From Octopus sinensis (lineage: Eukaryota), in the NCBI RefSeq assembly GCF_006345805.1, contig NC_043019.1:10725360-10789359 (forward strand): a stretch of 64,000 bases of DNA. Direction: 5' to 3'. Under the pieces are notes generated by a model that saw only the letters and a program-made list of their open reading frames with translations, did no database searches and was not told where the DNA came from. The translations under genes were made by a program, and so were the position numbers. Below, piece by piece: positions 52,971 to 64,000 of this stretch (its first letter is position 1; each line of letters opens with the position of its first letter).

Positions 52971-53708
52971 TTTCTTTATTGCCCACAAGGGGCTAAACAT
53001 AGAGAGGACAAGCAAGGATAGACAAAGGGATTAAGTCGATTACATCGACTCCAGTGCGTAACTGGTACTTATTTTATCGACCCCAGTGCATAACTGGTAC
53101 TTAATTTATCGACCCCGAAAGGATGAAAGGCAAAGTCGACCTTGGCGGAATTTGAACTCAGAACGTAAGCATTTCGCCCGGCGTGCTAACGTTTCTTATT
53201 TCTTTATTGCCCACAAGGGGCTAAACATAGAGGGGACAAGCAAGGATAGACAAAGGGATTAAGTCGATTACATCGACTCCAGTGCGTAACTGGTACTTAT
53301 TTTATCGACCCCAGTGCATAACTGGTACTTAATTTATCGACCCCGAAAGGATGAAAAGCAAAGTCGACTTCGGTGGAATTTGAACTCAGAACGTAAGCAT
53401 TTCGCCCGGCGTGCTAACGTTTCTTATTTCGACCCCGAAAGGATGAAAGGCAAAGTCGACCTCGGCGTAATTTGAACTCAGAACGTAGCGGCAGACGAAA
53501 TACCTATTTATTTACTACCCACAAGGGGCTAAACACAGAGAGGACAAATAAGGACAGACAAACGGATTAAGTCGATTATATTGACTCCAGTGCGTAACTG
53601 GCACTTAATTTATCGACCCCGAAAGGATGAAAAGCAAAGTCGACCTCGGCGGAATTTGAATTCAGAACGTAAGCATTTCGCCCGGCGTGCTAACGTTTCT
53701 GCCAGTTC
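52971..53708 (-). mobile_element. Multimeric SINE within one 12-bp TSD
   Basis: TSD GCAAGCTTCTTA at 52959-52970 and 53709-53720. Further multimers at 2725-3124 (TSD TTTGGCATGGTTTCT) and ~50455-51042. Confidence 0.85.
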
Positions 53709-54402
53709 GCAAGCTTCTTAATCCTACAGCCATACCTGCGCCATATATTTGTAAACATTTTATGAAATATCTAAAATACATATCAGATTTGCTTTTTGTG
53801 ACAGTTTCGCCGTAACTCTGGTCGGAAACCGTTTACGTAAAAGCAAGCTCTTTCAAACACTCCAAATTTGACCTCTTCCCTTAAACCTTCTTCTGCTTGT
53901 CCGAAGCATTTTCTTTAGTTTGTCCTAAACATCCATGCTTACTTTCAGAATTTTAACCCTTATTTCGTAAGTCCCAAATTATTCTGGTGGTTGAAAAAAA
54001 CACCCCAAAAAACTCTACTGGGAACACGTATCATATGTGATGCATAGACAACAGGGAAATATGTTCTTTATATCCTGTGTATAATATGAGGAAAGGATAC
54101 ATAGGACAGACAAAGGTTTTTCTTGATGGTGGATCCGTATGTGTTACGTGGCTACCACGAAAACAAATGAAGTATATAAATACGATGTTTTCATTGGAAA
54201 AAATCTGGTGACTTTATCAACGTTCTTAAATCAATAAACCAAGGCTTGAGTCATACAATCTTTCGATTACATTGTAACCGTTGTAATCGTGTTATATTAA
54301 TCATCTGCCCGGCTATATTTCTGCTGTCTATCTATCTGTATATATATCTGTAAACTTCTCTCTCAACCTCTCTCTTTCTCGCTTTCTCTGCCTGTCTCTC
54401 TC

Positions 54403-54491
<89 letters not shown>

Positions 54492-54901
54492 TTACGTGTG
54501 TGTATGTTTGCATTCGTGCTAGTACAGGTATGTATATGCATGCATATGTATGCATGTATGTACGTGTGTCAATGCGTGTATAACGTTTAATTACACATAT
54601 TCACTATAGATTACATTATTCATGATCTAAACTAAATATTTTCATTTTTTTTACTAAAAAGTGCTCAACAAATGTTTGCATTGTGAATTATGTGGGGCTA
54701 TACTGTAAGTCTTGAGAGTGGGTAACTATACTGGTAGAGTAAACGTCTGATACGTATACACACACACACACACGCACACATATTTTGCAAACGTCAACTC
54801 TGGTCAAACTAGACATCATACATAAACATATGGTTCCAGGTTCAATCCCACTAAATGGCATCTTAGGCATGTTAGAAGGTTTGGAGATGATGTACAGGTA
54901 T

Positions 54902-55034
54902 TATATATTAGAAGAATTGAGGTACTCAGAAATTTTGATGGTTTTATATTTATAGATATTTATTAGTATGTTACATGTTTTTATAAAAACATGTAATATA
55001 CTAATAAATATCTGTAAATATAAAACCTCATTTC

Positions 55035-55046
<12 letters not shown>
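54902..55046. repeat. Long near-perfect palindrome
   Basis: 88-bp palindrome at 54940-55027 with two mismatches, plus outer 20-bp arms at 54902-54921/55027-55046. Confidence 0.9.
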
Positions 55047-55076
<30 letters not shown>

Positions 55077-55269
55077 CATATATTCTTTATATATTTCAGC
55101 TCAAAGCTATAGCCATACTGGAGCACCACTAGTATGAAGACTATGATTCAGGTTCCAGTGAGTTATATACATATATATATATGTATGAATATATGTATAT
55201 TTATATACATATGCATACATACATATATATATATGTGTGTGTGTGCATACGTGTGTGTGTGTGTGTGTA

Positions 55270-56610
55270 TCTACTATATATGTGGAAAATTGGTGTGTGT
55301 TTGTTTGTTAGCTATCTCCTATGTCATTTTATTGATTTTGATGAAACTTGACACGTGAGTAGAACTCATATCTAGAAACGTCGTGACATACTTAGATTGT
55401 TGATAAAATCGATAATGTGGCCCCTGGAAAGGACCTTTATATCTACCTCATATAACTAATTTTTTTAAACACCTAAGGGAAATAACCCATAGCACCTGCA
55501 CAATATTATTTTAAACACTCAAGGGAAATAACCCATTTCATTGTTTATGTTCGATTACTTTGAATATTGATTTTTTTTCTGTGTCCAATTTCTAATTTTT
55601 GTAGACAATATCACTTTATTTGACACTTGAGTAAAACTCATGTCTGGAAGCCTCGTCACATACTCAGATTGTTGAAAAAAATCGATAATAGGGCCCCTTT
55701 AATGGAGCCTTCTATCTACTACATATTACTGATATTTTATTTAAACAATCCAAGGGAAATAACACATACCACCTGCAGTTTTTAGCAAAGTGATCAATAT
55801 TTGATTTCATGATCAGCCGACCTAATTCTGCATTTCCCTACTTACAGTTTTGAACTGCTAAACATTATCATTGCACTTCCTTAATTTGAATCTTCTACCT
55901 TAAAGACTTCATTCATACATTTCTATACATACATACTTTTTTGAATGCCCATTACTCTGAGAATTCTGCATTTTTACAGTTAACACATTTTTCCATGACA
56001 GTAGATAAATTTTTTCATTCCCAACGTATTTGTAGTGACTTCATGCAAGCATAGTGTGGATTTGATCCTCAATTGCCAAATTCCATGTAACACTTCTCAC
56101 CGTATAACAATAGTTTTTCTGTGAATGACAGCAGTTATACATTTCCCAGATGCCTTAGCTAAGCAGAATAATGTCTTTGCCTCTTGACCCTTTTAACCTC
56201 TCCTAGGCCACCACTGGCAGGAATAGAGATAACAGACCTCAAATAAAATCATTTGTTCTCAACAATATGTCTATCCTTCTGGCTGTTTTTCAATAGTTAT
56301 AAAAACAAGAACTCCATAAGGCAGTTACTGAGAGTGACCATCAGTGAGTGTGAATGTTATTATTGCACTTTCTTCAAACACTTCATTCATATAGTTATAT
56401 GACCTCTTTCACCAACCTCCAAGAATCTTTCTTGTCAACTTTAACCTCCAACAATTTCTCCTTCCTCCAGCTGACAGTTTTTTGTACTTTTCCATGATGG
56501 AAAATACACATTTTGTGGCAGTTATAACGAAATTGCTTTCTTATATCAGAGTAATAAGGTGTTTCAATAGAACACCTTTACCCCCGGGAATTACTGGGTA
56601 CACCAGCTAG
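55270..56610 (+). mobile_element. Non-autonomous Helitron with an internal tandem duplication (~55345-55780)
   Basis: A|TCTACTATATA start and CCCGG GAATTA CTGGG...CTAG|T end. Confidence 0.7.
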
Positions 56611-59288
56611 TATATATATATATATATGTATGTATAAATGTATATACACACTCACACATATGTGATGATGATGATTGAGATGATGGTGATGGTTATAATG
56701 GAGACAGCACTGATGATGGTAATAGTAGTGGTGGTATAGTGGTGACTGTAGTGGTGATGATGATGATGCTGGTTGTGGTGGGGCGGTCATAGTAATGATG
56801 GAGGCAGCTGTAGTGGTGGTGATGGTGGTGGTGATGATAAGAGAGATAAAATGATTTAAAATTGCAAAAAAATATTTTTCCCTTTTTATATGATTCCAGA
56901 TAAGGATACAGCAAATAAACAATAGTAATAACAACAACATCAAGAATAATCGTTTCTCTTATAGGCATAAGGCCAGTAATTCTGGGGGAGGCGGGGTAAG
57001 TTGATTACATCGCCCCCCTGTGTTCAACTGGTACTTATTTCATCCACCCCAAAAGTATGAAAGGCAAAGTTGACATCAGTGGAATTTGAACTCAGAACGT
57101 AGCAGTGGGCAAAATATCACTAATCATTTTGCCTGGGGTGCTAATGAGTCTGCCAGCTTGCTACTACTACTACTACTACTACTCCAATACTACTGCTGCT
57201 GCTGCTACTACTACTAATAATAATAATCCTTTCTACTGAAGGCAAAAGGCCTTGAAATTTTTGGGTAGGGGACTAGTTTTTTTTACATCGTCTCCAGTGT
57301 TTCACTGGTACTTAATTTATCGACCCCCCCCCCCCCAAAGGATGAAAGGCAAAGTTAACTTCGACAGAATTTGAACTCAGAATGTCGTGACAAACAAAAT
57401 GCTGCTAACGATTGTGCCGACTTGAGGGCATAAATAAAGCAACACCGATTGTCAGAATGCTGGGGGACAAACGCAATTGGCACTCTGTTGCTTATGACGA
57501 CCAGGGTTCCAGTTGATCCAACCTGCTCATGAACTTAACATGCAAGTGGCTGAGCACTCCACAGACACATATACCCTTGATGTAGTTCTCAGGGAGATTC
57601 ATTGTAAAACAGAATGTGACAAAGCTGACCTTTTGAAGTACAGTTACAACTCATTTTTGCCAGCTGAGTGCACTGGAGCAACATGAAATAAAGTATCTTG
57701 CTCAAGAACACAATGCACCACTGGGGATTGAACTCACGACCTTACAACTGTAAGCCAAATACTCTAACCACTAAGCCACACACCTTCACTAGATAACCAC
57801 AACACAAACACAAAAATATACAGATAGACATAAATATATGGGTTCAGTCCCACTGCGTGGCATCTTGGGCAAGTGTCTTCTGCTATAGCCCCGGGCCGAC
57901 CAATGCCTTATGAGTGGATTTGGTAGACGGAAACTGAAAGAAGCCTGTCGTATATATGTATATGTATATATATGTATGTGTGTGTATGTGTTTGTGTGTC
58001 TGTGTTTGTCTCCCTAGCAGTGCTTGACAACTGATGCTGGTGTGTTTACGTCCCCGTAACTTAGCAGTTCGGCAAAAGAGACCAATAGAATAAGTACTGG
58101 GCTTACAAAGAATAAGTCCTGGGGTCGATTTGCTCGACTAAAGGCGGTGCTCCAGCATGGCTGCAGTCAAATGACTGAAACAAGTAAAAGAGTAAAGAGT
58201 ATACATGCAATGAACTTTCTCCAGTTTCCGTCTACCAAATCTACTCACAAGGTAGATTTGGTAGACCTAGGGTTATAATAGAAGACAGTTGCCCAAAGTG
58301 GCGTATGGCGAAATTGAACCCAGGACCATGTGATTGGAAATCAAACTTCATACCACACAGCCATGCTTGCACTCAAATTGCATATAAACGTTTCAGCATA
58401 TTTGATATATTTATTTATGCATATTTGATATATTTATTTATTTATTTATTTATTGGGGGTAATCAGTGTCATTTAATATCAAGGTAACATTAATATCCAG
58501 GTAGAACACGTGATGCCAGAAAACAAGACAAACAAAAGAGCACAAGACAAAAACAGTAACCCCCTCCATAAAAAAAATAAAAATAAAAAGGAGTGAACAA
58601 AGTACAAAGTCAGGTACTTCATTGTTTTAAGTGAGAATGTTTTGTTTTTATTATTATTATTGTTGTTGTTGTTGTTGTTATTATTATGCCCTTTTATGGT
58701 AATCAGATTTTGGTTTTGAACATCGAAGATTCAGAACCTAAAAAATGAAATAATAAATAATAAAATGATAATAACAATGATAATGATAATAATGGTTTCA
58801 AATTTTTGCGCAAGGCCAGCAATTTTGGGGAAGTGGGTAAATCGATTCCATGAACCCCAGTATTTAACTGGTACGTATTTTATCAATTTTGAAAGTATGA
58901 AAGCAAAGCTGACTTCAGCGGAATTTGAACTTAGAATGTGAAGATGGATGAAATGGCGCTAAGCTTTTTGCCCACCATGCTAATGATTCTACCTGTTCAT
59001 TGCCCTAATTAGAAAAAAATAATAATGATAATGATGATTTCAAATTTTGACACAAGGCCAGAAAGTTCAGGGGAGGGGATAAGTTGATTACATCAACCCC
59101 AGTGCTTGACTGGTACTTATTTTATTGACCTAAAAGGATGAAAGGCAAAGTCAACCTCGGCAGAATTTGAACTCAGAACTTAAAGACAAACAAAATGCCA
59201 CCAAGCATATTGTCTGGCATGCTAACAATTCTGTCTGCTCACTGCCTTAATAATAATAATAATAAGAAGAAGAAGAAGAAGAATGATG

Positions 59289-59322
<34 letters not shown>

Positions 59323-59749
59323 TAATAATAATAATAATAACCATAACCAGTTGAGCATGTCCTTCAGTAGCTGATCCCAAGCAGGAATAATGTGGGAGCA
59401 TTATACCCATGTGTTAAGAAAGATTCTTTAGGGTTTGAATAATTCACCCTTGGAAACATAGGTGTTTTGTTCATCATCCTTAAACAACCCTTAATCAGGA
59501 ACCTTTTGAGCAGGTTGGGCTACTCAACCCGAAGAAAGTTCTAACTGGGTCCCACCTGCAAAATCATGCACTGTTTATCTTTAGATGAGGTCACCATGTG
59601 ATGCATGTACTTAGTGCATCCTTATCAGATGGGTAGTCATAATGACTATATTCGGCTTTGTATATTTGTACCCCAGCATCACTTTGATGGCATGCGCTGC
59701 TTTCTCACTCAACAATAATGATAATAATAATAATAATCGACATCATCAT

Positions 59750-60900
59750 CATTGTCGTTGTTTAATGCCCACATTCCATGCTGGCATGGATTGGATGGTT
59801 TGACTGAGGGCTGGCAAGTCAGAAGGCTGCACCAGGCTCCAATCTGATCTGGCAAAGTTTGTACAGCTGGATACCCTTCCTAATGCCAACCACTCTGAGA
59901 GTGTAGTGTGTGCTTTTTACATGCCACTGGCATGAGGGCCAGTCAGGTGGTACTGGCATCAACTATGCTTGAATGGTGCTTTTTATGTGCCACTGGCATG
60001 GGAGCCAGTCAGGTGGCACTGGCAACGACCACACTCGAATGGTGCTTCTTATGTGCCACTAGTATGGGTGCCAATCAGGTGGTACTGCTATCAGCCACAA
60101 CAATGACTTCACTTGACTCAACAGGTCTTTACAAGTGCAGTTTATTGCCCAATGATTGAAGGGTACTCTTAAATGGGCCAGTTATACTGCACTGGCATAG
60201 GCCATGGTTATGGTCTCACTTGGATTGCTGGGTCTTCTCAAGCACAGCATATCTCCAAAGGTCTCAGTCACTTGTCGTTGCCTCTGTAAGGCCCAACATT
60301 CAAAGGTCATGCTTCACCACCTCATCCCAGGCCTTCCTGGCTCTACCTCTTCCACAGGTTCCCTCTACTGCTAGGGTGTCACTTCTTCACACAGCTGTCC
60401 TCATCCATATGCAACACATGACCATACCAGCGCAGTCATCCCTCCTGCACACCACATCTGATGCTTCTCATGTCCAACTTTTCTCTCAGGGCACTTACAC
60501 TCTATTGTGTATGCACACTGGCATTACAAATCCAGCAGAGCATACAAGCTTCACTCTTTGCAAGCTTACGCATGTCCTCAGCAGTCACGGCCCAGGTTTC
60601 ACTGCCATGTAGCATGGCTGTTCACACATATGTGTCGTACAGTCTAACCTTTTACTCTGAGCGAGAGGCCTTTTGTCACTAGCAGAGGTAGGGGCTCTCT
60701 GAACTTTGCCCAGGCTATTCTTATACTACTAACTACACTCTCAGAGCATCCACCCCTGCTACTGACTTGGTCACCTAGGTAATGGAAGCCATCAACTATT
60801 TCTAGTCCCCCCCCCCCCAGCATGTGACGGAAGCTGTTTTCTGCCCATTTTCAGTGTTTATTGCCCCTGAGCATTTGTCACACACAAAAACTATCTTCCT
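59750..60900 (-). mobile_element. RTE-clade LINE 3' end including the (GAT)n-tailed 3' UTR
   Basis: Minus strand encodes CGRGRARKAWDEVVK-like C-terminal motifs and runs into the 3' UTR that also occurs alone at many sites (e.g. ~45-290, 5580-5828, 5970-6298, 19620-20010, 20377-20597, 21220-21498, 23380-23680, 26130-26497, 29450-29651). Confidence 0.75.
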
Positions 60901-61581
60901 AGTTAGCTTTCATTTGCAAAAAAAAAATTTTGGACTTGAGTTTACACCCTCCCCTTAGCAAATTTCATTCCTGAGCCAGGGGTTAAATAAACTACAATAT
61001 CAGAATCAAGTTTTACTCTCAGAATAGGCAGATGTAACAATTATGTTTTATAAACCTTTTTTTTGCATTACATCGGAGTCGTTGCTAAAGGTTCTAGTGT
61101 TATTGTTGTTGCTGTTGTTGATGTAACCTTGGCGAACCCTGACCAAGATGACCTGTCTCATTTTGGTAGTCAGTAGGAGTATACACACACATGCACCAAC
61201 ACAGAACACCATTCCTGCGGCGAGCTGGCAGAATCGTTAGCATGCCAGGCGAAATGCGTAGCCGTATTTCGTCTGCCACTATGTTCTGAGTTCAAATTCC
61301 ACCGAGGTCGACTTTGCCTTTCATCCTTCCGGGGTCGATTAAATAAGTACCAGTTACGCACTGGGGTCGATATAATCGACTTAATCCGTTTGTCTGTCCT
61401 TGTTTGTCCCCTCTGTGTTTAGCCCCTTGTGGGCAATAAAGAAACATATATTGGTAATACCGCCTACATCACCCCACCCCCATCATCACCGTTGTTACCA
61501 CCATTACTACTACTACTGGCCCCTGTAACCCCTGCCTTGATGAACGAAATATTAAAACCTTGGAAGGTATTTTTCTCTATG

Positions 61582-62130
61582 GTACTTCTTAAGAAGAGTG
61601 GTCCCGGTGCGCGCACTCGCGTACTCACGCATCCGCGCTTGATTTACTGGCTGGTTGGTTGGTTAGTTGATTGGTTGGCTTTTGGGCTACTGATGCTTCA
61701 CGAATGTTCTAGAATCTAGATTATAACATTTTGAAGAATTAAACTACGTTAAACTTACAAATTACAATTTTCTTTACAATAATGTTTTTCTTTTGACACA
61801 TTCTACCAGTATACGAAGTTTCAAATTGTTTAGTTAACTAGAAAATTCCGTCCATCAAAAGGAAAAGATCCCTAAAACGATTAGCTAGCAAAGTAAATAA
61901 AACACAAAATAAATAATTTTTTAAAAACAAAGTAAATAAAACACAAAAAAACACAAAGTAAGGATCGACTAGCTAGCGCGGATGCGCGGGTACGCGAGTG
62001 CGCGCACCGGGACCACTCTTCTTGAGTAGTACATTTTTCAATTTCTTTGTTATAATCTAGATTCTAGAACATTCGCGAAGCATCAGTAGCCCAAACAGCC
62101 AACCAATCAACTAACCAAACAACCAGTAAA
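61582..62130. mobile_element. Composite inverted-repeat element
   Basis: GC-rich IR pair 61582-61639/61975-62032 and a second IR pair ~61644-61728/62048-62130. It includes an internal fragment related to the 420-bp MITE (TTCTACCAGTATACGAAGTTT). Confidence 0.65.
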
Positions 62131-62326
62131 CCAGCCAGCCAGCAAGCCAGTACGCAACCGACTAACCAGCCAACAAGCCAACTATTCAGCCAGCCAGTCA
62201 AGGCAGTCTATATATGCGTGTACCTTAGGGAGCCTACCGCCTTCTTGTCTTTCATGAAATGTCAAAGAAACTTATGAGCGAAGTGGCCCCAGGCAGATAG
62301 TATAACAAAATCCCATCTGCTACAAC

Positions 62327-62360
<34 letters not shown>

Positions 62361-62660
62361 TTTACATGCTTGTAATCGAGTCAGTTGGGGCAGCTCGGGT
62401 TTGTTAGAAATAGCAGCCAAATTCCCTTCAGTTCATACCTTACCGTTTTGATTTTACTTTAAAGGGATGATAATATGGTGCCCTATATACATAGGCGCAG
62501 GCGTAGCAATGTGGTAAGAAGCTTGTTTCCAGCTTCCCAGCCGTTTAGTCTTGGGTTCAAGTTCAGCTGCACGGCACCTTGGGCAACTGTCTTCTATTAT
62601 AGCCCCTGGCACACCAAAGCCTTCTGCGTAGATATGGTCGATGGAAACTGAAAGAAGCCT

Positions 62661-62694
<34 letters not shown>

Positions 62695-64000
62695 TCCCAC
62701 TGTGTGGCAGCTTGGGCAAGCGTCTTCTATTATAGCTTCAGGCCAACCAAAGTCTTGCAAGTGGATTTGGTAGATGGAAACTGAAAGAAGCCCTGTTGTA
62801 TATATGTATATATGTATGTATGAGTGTGTGTATATATTTGTGCGTCTGTGTTTGTCTCCCCCAACAACGCTTGACAAACAATGCTGGTGTGTTTACATCC
62901 CTGTAACTTAGCGGTTCAGCAAAAGAGACCGATAGAATAAGTGCTAGGCTTACAAAGAATAAGTCCTGGGGTCGATTTGCTCGACTAAAAGGCATAACAG
63001 TTAAAGGACCCAGTGCATACTGTAAAGTGGTTGGCATTAGGAAGGGCGGCATCCAGGCATAGGAATCATACCAGAACAGATACAGAACCTGGGCAGCTCT
63101 TCAGTTGGCCAGCTCTTGTCAAACTGTACAACCCATGCCAACAGGAAGAACACGGCCTCAGTCTAATAACAGAAACAAGTAAAAGATAAAAGATATCTGT
63201 TTTAATAAATGATTTGTACATATTTTCACATGTATTTTATTTGATTATCCATTCCAGTTCTAGTTTTTAGGTGTTTTTCCTTTAACTGTTATGCCTTATA
63301 TATAGATCAGACTGGGCCTGGTGCAGCTTTCTGGCTTCCCAGACCCCAGTTGAACTGTCCAACCCATGCTAGCATGGAAAGCGGACGTTAAAGATGATGA
63401 TGATGATATATGTATATGTACAGCAGCTTTGTTTCTGTCTACCAAATCCACTCAAAAGTCTTTGACTGGCCCAAGGCTATAGTAGAAGACACTTGCCGAA
63501 GGTGCTATGCAGTGGGATTGAACCCAGAACCATGTGGCTCAGAAGTGAAGTTCTTACTACACAGCCATGCCTGTGCCTCTATACTAATAAAGTTTTTAAA
63601 AATATTGTTTGTATTACATCATCTTTTGAGTTATGTTACATGTCTTGAAATCAATTTACCAATGCAAGTTATGGCATGCTAATATATAATATAATATAAT
63701 ATAGGGATGGTGTGGTGTGTGTGTGTGTGTGAGGGGCTTGAAATGAAGCCATGATATTGATTCAAGTCAAACTCAGTAACTTCACTGTATTTTATTTCAT
63801 TTTATCAAACTAGGAAAGAAGTTCAAAAGTTGATTGACCCGAGAGAGATTTCAACTGAAATCTATTACTACCAATCCACCATACGGAAAAGAGTGCAAAA
63901 TAAATGTTGTTTACTTCAGAGGGAAAAGTGATTCTATTGTTTGGGAGAAAAGGGACTGGGCTGGAGATATTAGCCGAGGAAGGGGTTAGTTAAAAAAAAA

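Overview
AT-rich, repeat-saturated animal DNA, most likely a coleoid cephalopod (Octopus-like; inferred from the SINE families and microsatellite density). Only two gene-like units are supported. (1) The 5' end of CHERP on the minus strand: coding exon 1 at 17756-17780, a ~13 kb intron, SURP-domain exon 2 at 4551-4721, a possible 14-nt microexon, and an ETS-pair promoter; the rest of the gene lies left of the window. (2) An intronless orphan ORF at 40817-41506 that looks like a mucin-like type I membrane glycoprotein. The remainder is tRNA-derived SINEs, RTE and CR1 LINE remnants, mariner, Tc1 and piggyBac relics, non-autonomous Helitrons, MITEs, a 5S rRNA pseudogene and microsatellites. The most notable non-coding signal is five minimal type I hammerhead-ribozyme motifs from three families. 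Two of them lie in a young ~1.1 kb fold-back element (24912-25998) built from circularly permuted, greater-than-unit-length copies of a ~481-nt monomer (Penelope pLTR or retrozyme-like). Other oddities: multimeric SINEs inside single TSDs with a recurrent hairpin junction, a long-TIR element with a 30-bp flanking duplication, and a ~110-bp duplication around an RTE tail. Repeat boundaries were read by eye and are approximate unless stated. No database searches were run.
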